Positions 16,997 through 26,902 of a DNA stretch of 39,650 bases are shown piece by piece; position 1 is the stretch's first letter, and each line of letters opens with the position of its first letter. Below the pieces are notes generated by a model. That model saw only the letters and a program-made list of their open reading frames with translations. It did no database searches and was not told where the DNA came from. This DNA comes from a virus: positions 1 through 39,650 of IMG/VR virus record IMGVR_UViG_3300045988_050603, one strand, 5' to 3'. A program made the translations under genes and the position numbers.

Positions 16997-17578
16997 ATGA
17001 GCAAAGAAGGTAAGACCGGGGTATCTGCAAATACTCCGAAGAATATTCTGTTCGGTGCCGGCACGATCCACAAAGGGCTGAAGTATACCACCAATGCATG
17101 GAATTTCGCCAATTCCATTGTAGGCGCTACTTCTGGCGGATCTAAACTGTCGATCATTCCCGAAGTGACCAAGGTGGAAGTCGATGGCGCACTGGTTGCT
17201 GCCAAGGGCCTGTCTGTAAAGACCGGCGAAACCGCAACCATGGAAATCAATTTCATCGAGTTGACCGAAGACATCATCAAGGCTGCTACTCTGGGCAAGG
17301 ATGGCACTTCCGATGATACCAATTACGATGTCATTGTTCCCAAGGCGGACATCCAGGAAGGTGACTATTGGGAGAACATCGCCTTTGTCGGCAAAACCCT
17401 GGATGGCAAAAACATCATTGCTGTCCTGGAAAATGCCCTTTGCACTTCCGGCTTTGAGCAGGAAGGCAAGAACAAGGAAGGCGCTGTTGGCAAGTACACC
17501 TTTGAATGCCATGCCGAACTGACCGGCGATCTGGACACGCTGCCTTGGAAGATCTACTATCCCAAAGCAAGCGAATAA
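16997..17578 (+). CDS. Major tail protein
   Basis: 193 aa followed by a strong terminator, as is typical for major tail protein genes. GGAAGGTGA RBS. Confidence 0.6.
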   Translation: MSKEGKTGVSANTPKNILFGAGTIHKGLKYTTNAWNFANSIVGATSGGSKLSIIPEVTKVEVDGALVAAKGLSVKTGETATMEINFIELTEDIIKAATLGKDGTSDDTNYDVIVPKADIQEGDYWENIAFVGKTLDGKNIIAVLENALCTSGFEQEGKNKEGAVGKYTFECHAELTGDLDTLPWKIYYPKASE

Positions 17579-17587
17579 TCACCCGGT

Positions 17588-17619
17588 GCAAGGCCATCAA
17601 TCCGGTGGCCTTGCATTTT
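17588..17619 (+). terminator. Rho-independent terminator after the major tail protein gene
   Basis: GCAAGGCCA...TGGCCTTGC 9-bp stem followed by ATTTT. Confidence 0.7.
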
Positions 17620-17647
17620 CCAATTAAAACCGAAAGGACTAATCACA

Positions 17648-18043
17648 ATGACAGATAAAGCCTTTGAACTGCGGCAGTTGACCGCAGATGACATTTTCCC
17701 GATGTTCCAGATCATTTCCAAGATCGGTGTCAGGGAATTCAAGTCTTGCTTTGAATCTGAAGAAGTTCGGAATGCCATCATGGATATGGCTTCTGGTGCC
17801 AAAGACCAGGGAAAAGTGAATGCTATTGGTTTAACTGTTGCAGTTGACATTGCTGGCGTGATCATTTCCAACCTTTACAAATGTAAAGATGACATTTATC
17901 AGCTGCTGTCGCAGTTGTCCGGGATGAAGACAAAGGAAATCGCAAGTCTTCCGATGCCTACATTCCTTGAAATGATTATTGCTGTGGTTAAAAAAGAAGA
18001 ATTCAAGGATTTTTTTCAGGGTGTTACCAAGCTTCTGAAATAG
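17648..18043 (+). CDS. Tail assembly chaperone (G-like)
   Basis: Position between the major tail protein and tape-measure genes. Acidic, 131 aa. Confidence 0.5.
   Translation: MTDKAFELRQLTADDIFPMFQIISKIGVREFKSCFESEEVRNAIMDMASGAKDQGKVNAIGLTVAVDIAGVIISNLYKCKDDIYQLLSQLSGMKTKEIASLPMPTFLEMIIAVVKKEEFKDFFQGVTKLLK
18010..18016 (+). other. Putative -1 programmed ribosomal frameshift slippery heptamer T_TTT_TTT joining the chaperone to the downstream ORF (G-T fusion)
   Basis: The -1 frame is open from 17992 through ORF 18064..18345. A T7 run sits in the G frame ('gat ttt ttt cag') 9 codons before the G stop. Confidence 0.45.
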
Positions 18044-18063
18044 GTGATATAAGGTTCCTGGAT

Positions 18064-18345
18064 ATGCTATTCCAGCGCTATGCAAATCCGATGATCCTGC
18101 TGGATGGCATGATAAGGGGCCGCAGGTTCAACGCTTTTGTCAATGAATTTGTGACCATCACCAATGAAGAACTTGAAAACAAAACACTATGGGAATACTG
18201 GCTGCACAAGAATTTTGATCAAACCTATAGTGAATTCTTGGAGCAGACAAAGAAACCAAAAACTGAAAAAGTTCCTTCACGCCTTGAACTTGAAATCACA
18301 GTCAAGGAATCTGCGGAGATGTTAAACGGCTTTTGTCTTTCTTAA
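18064..18345 (+). CDS. Tail assembly chaperone T-extension (probably expressed only as a G-T frameshift product)
   Basis: In the -1 frame relative to G. The frame is open back to 17992. Confidence 0.45.
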   Translation: MLFQRYANPMILLDGMIRGRRFNAFVNEFVTITNEELENKTLWEYWLHKNFDQTYSEFLEQTKKPKTEKVPSRLELEITVKESAEMLNGFCLS

Positions 18346-18362
18346 AGAAAGAAGGGAAAAGC

Positions 18363-20444
18363 GTGGAATTGTTCAAGCTACTTGGAACAATTGCAATCGA
18401 TAACAGCGAAGCAAACAAAGCCTTGAATGAAACGGCAAAGAATGCAGGATCATCAAGCAAGGAAGTCGAATCAGCGGTAAACAAGGTGGGAACCGTTGCG
18501 CTTGGGCTTGGGAAAGCCGTTGTTACTGCCGGCGCTGTCATTGGCGGCGCTTGGATTGCGGCCATCGAAGGATCCAGGGAATACAGAACGGAAATGGGCA
18601 AGCTGGACACGGCTTTTGTTACCAATGGCCATTCTTCAGAAGCTGCAAAGCGTACCTATTCGGATCTGAATTCCGTTCTGGGTGATAGCGGCCAAGCCGT
18701 TGAGGCAGCAAACCATCTTGCGCTGCTGACCGATAACGAAAAGGATTTAGGCACCTGGACAGACATCTGCACTGGTGTTTATGCCACTTTTGGCGCTTCC
18801 CTACCCATTGAGGGCTTGACCGAAGCGGCCAATGAAACGGCAAAGGTCGGTGAAGTCACAGGCCCTTTGGCCGATGCGTTGAACTGGGCCGGAATCAGTG
18901 AAGATGAATTCAATGATAAGCTGGCGAAGTGTTCCGGCGAACAGGAGCGCCAGAAGCTGATCATGGACACACTGAACGGCACCTACTCCAAAGCAGCCGA
19001 TCAGTACAAAAAGACCAACAAAGATGTCATTGCCGCCGAAAAAGCGCAGGAAAAGCTGACAGATGCCTTTGCTGAATTCGGCAGAATCGGTGAACCGATC
19101 CTGACACTGATCAAGTCGAAGGTGGCCGATATGGTTGCCGCTGCTATACCACACCTTGAGAACTTTATCAACAAGATCAAGGATGCAGCCAGGTGGATTA
19201 AGGACAATGAAGAAAAAGTGAAGCTGTGGTCAGGTGTTATTGCGATAGCTATTGCAACGGTTGGCGGCTTTGTCCTTGTCCTTGCATGGGCTGGCATCAT
19301 GCAGAAGGCAGCGGCTGCGCTGAAGATCGTCACCCTTGCCGTGAAAGCATTGAACATAGCAATGAGGGCCAACATCATTGGCCTTGTTGTAACGGCTATT
19401 TTGGGCCTTGTCGCTGCGTTTATCTATCTATGGAAAAACTGTGACAGCTTCAGAAACTTCTGGATCGGTCTGTGGAAGATCATCCAGTCTGCCGCAAAAG
19501 CCGCATGGAAGGCCATTTCAAAGGCATGGGAAGGTGTCGGCAAGTGGTTCAAAAGTAAATTTGAACAGGTGCAGAAGGCCGGAAAAAGCGCAATGGACAG
19601 TGTGAAAAAGTGGTTCAGCGATGCTTTGAAGGCAATCAAGAAAGCCTGGTCTGCTGTTGTTGGCTTCTTCAAGGGGATTTGGAAAGGAATACAGTCTGCT
19701 TTTTCTGCCACAGGATCCTGGTTCAGTAAAATCTTCAGATCCGCCTGGAACGGTGTGAAATCCGTCTGGAACGGTGCAAGATCTTTCTTTTCCGGAATAT
19801 GGTCTGGGATCCGTGGGATCTTCGGTTCTGTCGGATCGTGGTTCCGTGGGAAATTCCAGGCCGCATGGTCTTCCATCAGGTCTGTATTTTCCGGCTGGGG
19901 ATCCTTCTTCGGCGGTCTTTGGACAAAGATCAAAAGCAAATTTTCCAGCATTGGATCTGCCCTTGGCAAAGCAATGGGTGATTCGGTGAAGTCCGGACTG
20001 AATAAAGTCCTTTCTACAATTGAAAAAACGATCAACAAGGGAATCGGCCTGATCAACAAAGCCATCAACCTTGCCAATAAGCTGCCCGGCATCAATGTGG
20101 GCAATGTGCCAACTTTGTCGCTGCCCAGGCTTGCAAAAGGCGGTGTGCTGAAAAAGGGGCAAGTGGGCGTTCTGGAAGGCAGCGGCGCTGAAGCCGTGGT
20201 TCCTTTGGAAAATAATCATGGATGGCTTTCCAAGGTTGCTGCTGACCTGAACAAAATGCGGGGATCCGCTGTGGATGTGCAGCAGATCCTGGCCATGCTG
20301 AACAGGATCATTGATCTGCTGGGCGGTGTGGCTAATATGCGTGTATGCCTGGAAAGCGGTGTCCTGGTTGGAGAATTGACACCAGCTATTGACCGCCAAC
20401 TATCGGATCGATGGAGCCATTCCATGAGGGGCAACACAAGATGA
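18363..20444 (+). CDS. Tape measure protein, paralog 1
   Basis: GTG 18363 after a GAAGGGAAAAG RBS. W/F-rich periodic repeats 'KAAWKAISKAWEGVGKWF...'. C-terminal 'LSLPRLAKGGVLKKGQVGVLEGSGAEAVVPLENNHGWLSKVAADLN'. Confidence 0.7.
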   Translation: MELFKLLGTIAIDNSEANKALNETAKNAGSSSKEVESAVNKVGTVALGLGKAVVTAGAVIGGAWIAAIEGSREYRTEMGKLDTAFVTNGHSSEAAKRTYSDLNSVLGDSGQAVEAANHLALLTDNEKDLGTWTDICTGVYATFGASLPIEGLTEAANETAKVGEVTGPLADALNWAGISEDEFNDKLAKCSGEQERQKLIMDTLNGTYSKAADQYKKTNKDVIAAEKAQEKLTDAFAEFGRIGEPILTLIKSKVADMVAAAIPHLENFINKIKDAARWIKDNEEKVKLWSGVIAIAIATVGGFVLVLAWAGIMQKAAAALKIVTLAVKALNIAMRANIIGLVVTAILGLVAAFIYLWKNCDSFRNFWIGLWKIIQSAAKAAWKAISKAWEGVGKWFKSKFEQVQKAGKSAMDSVKKWFSDALKAIKKAWSAVVGFFKGIWKGIQSAFSATGSWFSKIFRSAWNGVKSVWNGARSFFSGIWSGIRGIFGSVGSWFRGKFQAAWSSIRSVFSGWGSFFGGLWTKIKSKFSSIGSALGKAMGDSVKSGLNKVLSTIEKTINKGIGLINKAINLANKLPGINVGNVPTLSLPRLAKGGVLKKGQVGVLEGSGAEAVVPLENNHGWLSKVAADLNKMRGSAVDVQQILAMLNRIIDLLGGVANMRVCLESGVLVGELTPAIDRQLSDRWSHSMRGNTR

Positions 20445-20445
20445 A

Positions 20446-20475
20446 GGCCGCTTTTGCGGTCTTCTTCTTTTTATC
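20446..20475 (+). terminator. Weak intrinsic terminator/attenuator between the two tape-measure paralogs
   Basis: GGCCGC-tttt-GCGGTC hairpin followed by a T-rich tract TTCTTCTTTTT. Confidence 0.3.
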
Positions 20476-20501
20476 CGAAGCAAGAAAGGCGGTGAAAACC
20501 G

Positions 20502-22253
20502 TTGGAACTATTCAAACTGTTAGGAACAATAGCTATCGAAAATGGTGAAGCAAACAACGCCATTGATAACACAACAGACAGGGTGAAAAAATCCGAAAGC
20601 AAAATAGTTAATTCAATCAAAAAAATAGGTTCAGCTATCGTTGCCTATTTCGCAATTGATAAGATAACTGCCTTCGGAAAAGAGGTTGTCAATGTCGCTG
20701 CCGAAGTTTCCGCTGAAGCATCTGCCTTTGAACAAATCATGGGCGATTATGCCGAAGTTGCCACTGAAAAGGTTGGCAAAATCGCAGAAGCAACAGGCAT
20801 GGTGGATAGCCGTCTTACGCCGTACATGACCAGTATGACGGCAAAGTTCAAGGGCCTTGGTTACGATATAGAGGAAGCCACAGATTTAGCATCCACAGGT
20901 TTGACCATTGCAGCCGATGCAGCTGCCTTCTGGGATAAATCCCTTGATGAATCAATGGGCCACTTAAACAGCTTTGTAAATGGTTCTTATGAGGGCGGCG
21001 AAGCAATCGGTTTATTCGCCAATGAAACCACATTAGCTGCATGGTCTGCTAAAAATCTTAAACTAAAATGGGATGATTTGACTGAAAAGGAAAAGCAATT
21101 TGCAAGGTTGCAATTTGCAAAAGCAATGCAGGAAGCTTCTGGCGCAACCGGACAGGCTGCAAAGGAATCTGACCAGTATGCAAATGTTCAGGCAAATCTA
21201 AACGAAAAATGGCGGCAATTCAAGGCGCAAATAGGCGAACCATTACTTCAAAACATTGTGCTTCCGGCAATGGAAGTGCTATCTGATGTGATTGATAAGT
21301 TAAGTACAGGCTTCAAAGCACTAACCGCTTGGGTTGATAAGAATCAAACAGCGCTGGAACTGGTCGGAATTGCGGCCGGAATTCTTACAGCCGCCATAAT
21401 TGCATATAACATTGCACAAAATGCTTCTGCCATTGCAACATCCATTGCGACAGTAGCAACAACCGCCTTCGGCGCTGCCATGAACTTTGTTACATCTCCA
21501 ATTTCTCTTGTGGTTGCAGCGATTGGCGCTGTTATTGCAATAATCGTTTTATGTGTTAAACATTGGGATCAGATCAAAGAAACCGTGGTAAAAGTGGCGA
21601 ACACCATCAGTAAAAAAGTGTCTGAAATGGTCGCAAGTGTGAAACAGTGGTTCACTAATATGTGGAATTCGCTGACCACTATTGTGGGCAACATCGTGAC
21701 GGGGCTGACAACCGCCTTCACAAATGTAAAGAACTTCATTATTGGCGTGTTTACTACGGTATCGACATTCATTTCTGACATCTGGAACGGCATATGTGAC
21801 ACTATCAAAGGTGTTATCAATAACATCCTTGGCGGTGTGGAATCCTTTGTCAATGGGATCATCAGTGCAATTAACTGGCTAATTGATGGCCTAAATACAC
21901 TGGTTGAAGCTGCCGGTGAATTACTTGGGCTTGATTGGAGTATTACACGCATTGAATCTGTTTCCATTCCTCGGCTGGAAAAGGGCGGTGTCTTGGAGCG
22001 TGGCCAGGTTGGTCTGTTGGAAGGCACAGGCGCAGAAGCTGTTGTTCCGCTTGACCAGAATAGGAAGTGGATCAGCGCTGTCGCTGAAGATATGAATGGA
22101 TCCATGGGCGGAAATAAGCAGGTGCAGGAATTGAAAGAAGCCTTTAATGAATTCCGCAATGACCTGCCGGATATGCTTATTGATGCATTCACGGCTATGA
22201 AATTCGATGTCAACAATCGTGAATTTGCAAGACTTGTAAAGGCGGTGAATTGA
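20502..22253 (+). CDS. Tape measure protein, paralog 2
   Basis: TTG start after AAAGGCGGTG. N-terminus 'MELFKLLGTIAIENGEANNA' and C-terminus 'VSIPRLEKGGVLERGQVGLLEGTGAEAVVPLDQNRKWISAVAEDMN' are both homologous to paralog 1. A/I/T-rich hydrophobic core. Confidence 0.65.
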   Translation: MELFKLLGTIAIENGEANNAIDNTTDRVKKSESKIVNSIKKIGSAIVAYFAIDKITAFGKEVVNVAAEVSAEASAFEQIMGDYAEVATEKVGKIAEATGMVDSRLTPYMTSMTAKFKGLGYDIEEATDLASTGLTIAADAAAFWDKSLDESMGHLNSFVNGSYEGGEAIGLFANETTLAAWSAKNLKLKWDDLTEKEKQFARLQFAKAMQEASGATGQAAKESDQYANVQANLNEKWRQFKAQIGEPLLQNIVLPAMEVLSDVIDKLSTGFKALTAWVDKNQTALELVGIAAGILTAAIIAYNIAQNASAIATSIATVATTAFGAAMNFVTSPISLVVAAIGAVIAIIVLCVKHWDQIKETVVKVANTISKKVSEMVASVKQWFTNMWNSLTTIVGNIVTGLTTAFTNVKNFIIGVFTTVSTFISDIWNGICDTIKGVINNILGGVESFVNGIISAINWLIDGLNTLVEAAGELLGLDWSITRIESVSIPRLEKGGVLERGQVGLLEGTGAEAVVPLDQNRKWISAVAEDMNGSMGGNKQVQELKEAFNEFRNDLPDMLIDAFTAMKFDVNNREFARLVKAVN

Positions 22254-22256
22254 TGA

Positions 22257-23087
22257 ATGCTTGAACAGTTGAAATACAAAAACCACCTGAATGAAGTCTT
22301 TGAATTCGGGAAGGACGGCATCTTTGTAAATACGAATGAATTGCATGATTACGAATGGACAGTGACCAGCAAAAACAAGCGGATCACTGCCCTTGATTAT
22401 GCAGTCAGTAAGCGGAAGCTGCCGCTGATCATCATTTGCAAGACTGAAGAACAAGGCATTGCTGCCAGGAACCGGCTGATGGAGATCTGCGAAAAAGATG
22501 TCCTGGCCATGCTGCATGGCCAGATCATCATCGGTGATTATTACTTCAAATGCTTTGTCACGAAGTCGCAGAAAAAGAACTATCTGATCAGCAGCAGAAT
22601 GATGGAAGTGACACTGACACTGACATCTGATTTCCCTTATTGGGTGAAGGAAACCACTAACATCTTCCGGGAACTTGGAGCAGAAACCGGTGGCGGCGGT
22701 CAGAACCTGGACTATCCTTTTGACTATGCCTTTGACTATTTCCCGGATGTAGGATCCAAAACACTAATTAACCAGCACTTCACTGATTCCAACTTCCGTA
22801 TGGTGGTTTATGGGCCTTGCTCTGATCCGGCGATTTATGTTGCCGGCCATCTGTACCAGGTCAATTGCGATGTGGCTGCCGGTGAATATCTTACCATCGA
22901 TTCTGTCTCGAAAAAAATCTTCCTGACGGCCAATGATGGCACGATAACAAACAAATTCAATCTGCGGAATAAGGAATCTTACATCTTTCTGAAGATCCCT
23001 TCCGGCAGCAGCGCAGTCACATGGTCTGGTAATTTCGGCGTTGATATCATCCTTTTGGAAGAAAGGAGCGAACCGAAATGGATCTGA
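22257..23087 (+). CDS. Tail component (possibly Dit-like)
   Basis: First gene after the tape-measure genes. No clear motif. Confidence 0.35.
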   Translation: MLEQLKYKNHLNEVFEFGKDGIFVNTNELHDYEWTVTSKNKRITALDYAVSKRKLPLIIICKTEEQGIAARNRLMEICEKDVLAMLHGQIIIGDYYFKCFVTKSQKKNYLISSRMMEVTLTLTSDFPYWVKETTNIFRELGAETGGGGQNLDYPFDYAFDYFPDVGSKTLINQHFTDSNFRMVVYGPCSDPAIYVAGHLYQVNCDVAAGEYLTIDSVSKKIFLTANDGTITNKFNLRNKESYIFLKIPSGSSAVTWSGNFGVDIILLEERSEPKWI

Positions 23088-24103
23088 TCTACACAAACGC
23101 AAAGCGTGAAGATCTTGGTGTGCTGTTGGACTATGAACTGGATCTGGCCTTTGGAGAAGATGAAAACGATTTTGAATGCCAAATCCAAGCGGATCAGCAT
23201 TGCTGCGAAGACGGATCCTTTCTTTACATCGAAGGCACTGAATACGGTGGGATCGTGGACAGCATTGAAGTGGACACTGCCGCAAATGAAGTCACCTATC
23301 GTGGCCGCACCTGGCATGGGATCCTTGGCAGCAAAGTGATTATTCCGCTGAAGACCGGCGAAGGATCCACAGCATCTGTCACGGTGAAAACGGCGGATTC
23401 CAGCGGCGCTTCCCTGGTGGACAAATATCTGGTCATCAGCGGAGATGCAAACCGCTGCATTGATTTTATAATCAACAGATGCGGCCTTGAAAGCCTGTTC
23501 ATGGCTTCTTCTGCCCTTGCAGGTGTAAACATCAATTATCAGTTCAATCGCTATACAGATGCATATTCTGGTCTTGTGAAGATGCTTTCAAGCGCAGGTT
23601 TGAAGCTGTGTGTGGAAGTCAAAAACGGCCAGGCGGTGCTTTCTTCAGAAGCTAAATACAACTATGCCACAGATGACGAATTTGATTCCGATCTGGTTGA
23701 ATTTAAGCTGCGGAAGAATTACAAAGCGGTCAATCATCTGATCTGCCTGGGCAGCGGCGAACTGGAAAACAGGATGATAGTCCATCTATATGCCGATAGT
23801 AGCGGCAACATCAGCCAAACGCAAACAGCGACAGGGCTGAACGAATACGCAGCAGTATTCGACTATTCCAATGTAGAATCCCAAGAAGAACTGATCAAAA
23901 GCGGAACAGAACAGCTGAAAAAGCTGTTGGAACCTGCGGATCTGTCTATTGACTTTGATGCAAATTCCGACAGCTATGATGTGGGTGACATCGTTGGTGC
24001 CATCGACAACATCACAGGCATCACTGTTTCTTCTGCGATCAGCAAAAAGATCGTGACCATCAAAAAAGGTCAAACCACAATTTCCTACAAGGTGGGTGAA
24101 TGA
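23078..24103 (+). CDS. Tail tip protein with Tal-like N-terminal domain
   Basis: 'MDLIYTNAKREDLGVLLDYELDLAFGEDENDFE...FLYIEGTEYGGIVDSIEVD' resembles Tal/gp27-like N-termini. Confidence 0.4.
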   Translation: MDLIYTNAKREDLGVLLDYELDLAFGEDENDFECQIQADQHCCEDGSFLYIEGTEYGGIVDSIEVDTAANEVTYRGRTWHGILGSKVIIPLKTGEGSTASVTVKTADSSGASLVDKYLVISGDANRCIDFIINRCGLESLFMASSALAGVNINYQFNRYTDAYSGLVKMLSSAGLKLCVEVKNGQAVLSSEAKYNYATDDEFDSDLVEFKLRKNYKAVNHLICLGSGELENRMIVHLYADSSGNISQTQTATGLNEYAAVFDYSNVESQEELIKSGTEQLKKLLEPADLSIDFDANSDSYDVGDIVGAIDNITGITVSSAISKKIVTIKKGQTTISYKVGE

Positions 24104-24972
24104 TTATGGCAAATATGCACCTAATAACAGGATATGCCGGTGCAGAGCATGTCACGGCAGCTGATGCCGGATCCCTGCACATTGCAATCTTTGGCACCGG
24201 GCAGTATGTCCTGGATCGTGGCAACAAGTTTGCCGCAACAATCGTGACGAATAACACTATCCGCATTGCTGATGGTGACATAATGATGCAGGGCCGGCAT
24301 GTGCGCCTGGCTGAAGGCGGCTATGTAGATCTGACTATTGACAATGGCGCACAGGGCATGATGCGGAATGATCTGATCGTGGCCAGGTACACCAAGGATG
24401 CTTCCACAGGCGTTGAAGCGGTCAATTTGGTTGTTATCAAAGGCAATGCTGTTGCATCCAATCCTGCGGATCCTGCCTACACTTCCGGCGATATCATCAA
24501 TGACCATGTTGCCCTGAATGATATGCCGCTTTACCGTGTGCCGCTGGATGGACTGAATGTGCAAACCCTTGTTCCGCTGTTCGGCATGGCAAGCCTTATG
24601 GCAGATGGATCCGTGACCACTTCCAAGCTGGCCAGCGGTGCGGTGACAACCGAAAAGATCGGCAGCAATGCCGTGACTGCGGAAATAATTGCAGATGGCG
24701 CTGTCACCAAGTTCTTCACGGCGCAGATCGGCACTACCTGGACAGGCAGCGCTGCGCCTTATACGCAGACCATCACTGTTTCCGGGATCCTGGCAAGCGA
24801 TAAGCCGATTGTTGACCTGGTTCCTTCCAGCACCTTTGCAACGGCGGAAAAGGAGATCAGCAACTATGCGAAGATTTACAGGATCACAACGGCAGCAAAC
24901 AGCATTACTGTGTATGCCACAGAAGCAACAGATGTTGCGCTGAATATTCAGATGGGGGTGCATAGAAAATGA
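24100..24972 (+). CDS. Tail structural protein (hypothetical)
   Basis: ATGA-coupled within the operon. T/S/A-rich beta-type composition. Confidence 0.4.
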   Translation: MIMANMHLITGYAGAEHVTAADAGSLHIAIFGTGQYVLDRGNKFAATIVTNNTIRIADGDIMMQGRHVRLAEGGYVDLTIDNGAQGMMRNDLIVARYTKDASTGVEAVNLVVIKGNAVASNPADPAYTSGDIINDHVALNDMPLYRVPLDGLNVQTLVPLFGMASLMADGSVTTSKLASGAVTTEKIGSNAVTAEIIADGAVTKFFTAQIGTTWTGSAAPYTQTITVSGILASDKPIVDLVPSSTFATAEKEISNYAKIYRITTAANSITVYATEATDVALNIQMGVHRK

Positions 24973-25793
24973 GTGAAGCTTTTATCTGTCGCAGGGGCGG
25001 TTCTGGCGGTTCAAAAGATTTTAGTGTAAGCAATACCCTAAATGATAACAGCTGGGAAACAATAAAAAAAGTTTCTTCATTTGGTATAGCACAAAACTTT
25101 TGGGCTATCGGGGACTGCAAAAAGGTAGTCCTTAATGGCAAAGTGTCCGATGGTCTGACCCTTTCCAATTACACAACCTGGGTATTTATTATTGGATTCG
25201 ACCACAATAAAGAGCGTGAAGGAACAGGAATAGCGTTCCAAGGCTTTAAGACAGCCCAAACCAACGGCAAAGATATGTGCCTTATAGACAGTTTCTTCCA
25301 AAGTTCTGTCCCATCAGGTAGCACAGCTTTAAGGATGAACGATTCCAGAACCACTGCTGGTGGATGGAAGTCCTGTAAAATGAGGACGATAGTAATGCCG
25401 CTTATCGAAGCCGCACTGCCAAGTGACCTGCAATCTGTACTAAAATCCACTACGATATACACAGATAATACAGGAAACGGGGCCGCCGGTGTCACTCCAA
25501 CATCGACCGATGACAAAATATACATTCCGACACATTATGAAGTATTTGGCACTGTATCGTCAAATACCACAAATAAGGAAAGTGCTTATTGTAAACAATA
25601 CGATTATTATGCTGCGGGTAACGATAAGCGCAAATATCGCAGTGATTTACTTGCGAATGCAACATGGTGGCTTCTACGCTCTCCCAATACTCCAAATGGG
25701 GAGATGTTTAGAACGGTTGATTACGCTGGCAATCCTGATGCAGTATATGCGGGTTCCTCTTACGGTGTGGCCCCATGCTTCAAGGTTGGGTGA
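24969..25793 (+). CDS. Tail/fibre-associated hypothetical protein
   Basis: ATGA-coupled. Noticeably AT-richer than the surrounding genes. Confidence 0.35.
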   Translation: MSEAFICRRGGSGGSKDFSVSNTLNDNSWETIKKVSSFGIAQNFWAIGDCKKVVLNGKVSDGLTLSNYTTWVFIIGFDHNKEREGTGIAFQGFKTAQTNGKDMCLIDSFFQSSVPSGSTALRMNDSRTTAGGWKSCKMRTIVMPLIEAALPSDLQSVLKSTTIYTDNTGNGAAGVTPTSTDDKIYIPTHYEVFGTVSSNTTNKESAYCKQYDYYAAGNDKRKYRSDLLANATWWLLRSPNTPNGEMFRTVDYAGNPDAVYAGSSYGVAPCFKVG

Positions 25794-25798
25794 TAAGT

Positions 25799-26191
25799 AT
25801 GGAATATATATGCTATAAGCGTTTCAAGCAGACCGCCATTTGCGGCAATGTAAACATCCCATACGGCACGGTGCTGGCAGCAGAGAACGGCATTATAAGC
25901 AACAACGGAAAGCCCATTTGCTATACAAAAAGCCAAAACGCCTATGATTATTTTGCCATCAATGATGACGGCAAAGGCATTGAGCGTGGCAAGCTGACCG
26001 CTGATATTATCAGCACCCTTGCAAAGCGTGATGCAAAGCACCAAGCCAGATGGGATAAGGTGTGGGCTGACCTTTCCTTGCTGAAATATAAGAGGCCTGA
26101 ACACGCAGACCATTGGTTATGGAACCACGACTTTTACTGTGCGCCCATCGCAGACCTGGAGCGCATCAAACAGATGATACAGGAGGTATGA
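25799..26191 (+). CDS. Hypothetical protein
   Basis: ATG 25799 ('MEYICYKRF'). In-frame with track ORF 25775..26191. Confidence 0.35.
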   Translation: MEYICYKRFKQTAICGNVNIPYGTVLAAENGIISNNGKPICYTKSQNAYDYFAINDDGKGIERGKLTADIISTLAKRDAKHQARWDKVWADLSLLKYKRPEHADHWLWNHDFYCAPIADLERIKQMIQEV

Positions 26192-26195
26192 CCCG

Positions 26196-26495
26196 ATGTA
26201 TAAAATCAAAGCAGGCGGCAAGGGGTATTACTCTGATACGCTGGTCTATGTAAAGAAAGCCATAAACGGCTGCTATGTGCCTTGCCTTCCGGAAGATGCA
26301 GAATATGTGGTTGGCAAAATCCCTGTTGAAACCGATGACGGCACTATGCTTGTAGATACCGTCTTTGAGGGGACAGAAGTGGAGCATATGGACGGCGGTT
26401 CCGTCCTTGCCAATATGCAGAAAGCCTTAAATATTTTGGGTGTTCAAACGGCAGAAGAAACGGAAGCAGAGGTGGTGACAGAAAATGCGGAATGA
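26196..26495 (+). CDS. Hypothetical acidic protein
   Basis: AGGAGG-like RBS 'ACAGGAGGTATG'. Confidence 0.4.
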   Translation: MYKIKAGGKGYYSDTLVYVKKAINGCYVPCLPEDAEYVVGKIPVETDDGTMLVDTVFEGTEVEHMDGGSVLANMQKALNILGVQTAEETEAEVVTENAE

Positions 26496-26886
26496 TATTT
26501 TGGAGCAGGCCCAGGCAATCAGAACCAACATTGACAAGTTGACGGCGAAGCTGACCGATGAAGAAGCCGTGGAAGTGATGAATCTATACCTGCCTTGGAC
26601 TGTTGGCGTGGCCTATGCTGTTGGCGATATTCGCCTGGATGCCGGTGTGATATATAAATGCATTCAGGCGCACACTTCCCAGGCGGATTGGCAGCCGGCG
26701 CAGGTGCCGGCGCTGTGGAAGGTTATATCTGTGGAATCCTGGCCTGGATGGGTGCAGCCCACTGGCGCACATGATGCCTATGACAAGGGCGCACAGGTCA
26801 GCCACAATGGAAAGCATTGGACTTCCGACATTGCGGCAAATGTCTATGAACCCGGTGTCTATGGCTGGACTGAAGTAACTGAATAA
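26485..26886 (+). CDS. Carbohydrate-binding protein with CBM5/12-like (chitin-binding type 3) repeats
   Basis: 'AYDKGAQVSHNGKHWTSDIAANVYEPGVYGW' and an upstream partial repeat 'IYKCIQAHTSQADWQPAQVPALW'. Confidence 0.5.
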   Translation: MRNDILEQAQAIRTNIDKLTAKLTDEEAVEVMNLYLPWTVGVAYAVGDIRLDAGVIYKCIQAHTSQADWQPAQVPALWKVISVESWPGWVQPTGAHDAYDKGAQVSHNGKHWTSDIAANVYEPGVYGWTEVTE

Positions 26887-26902
26887 AGGGTGGTGAATAA
26901 CA

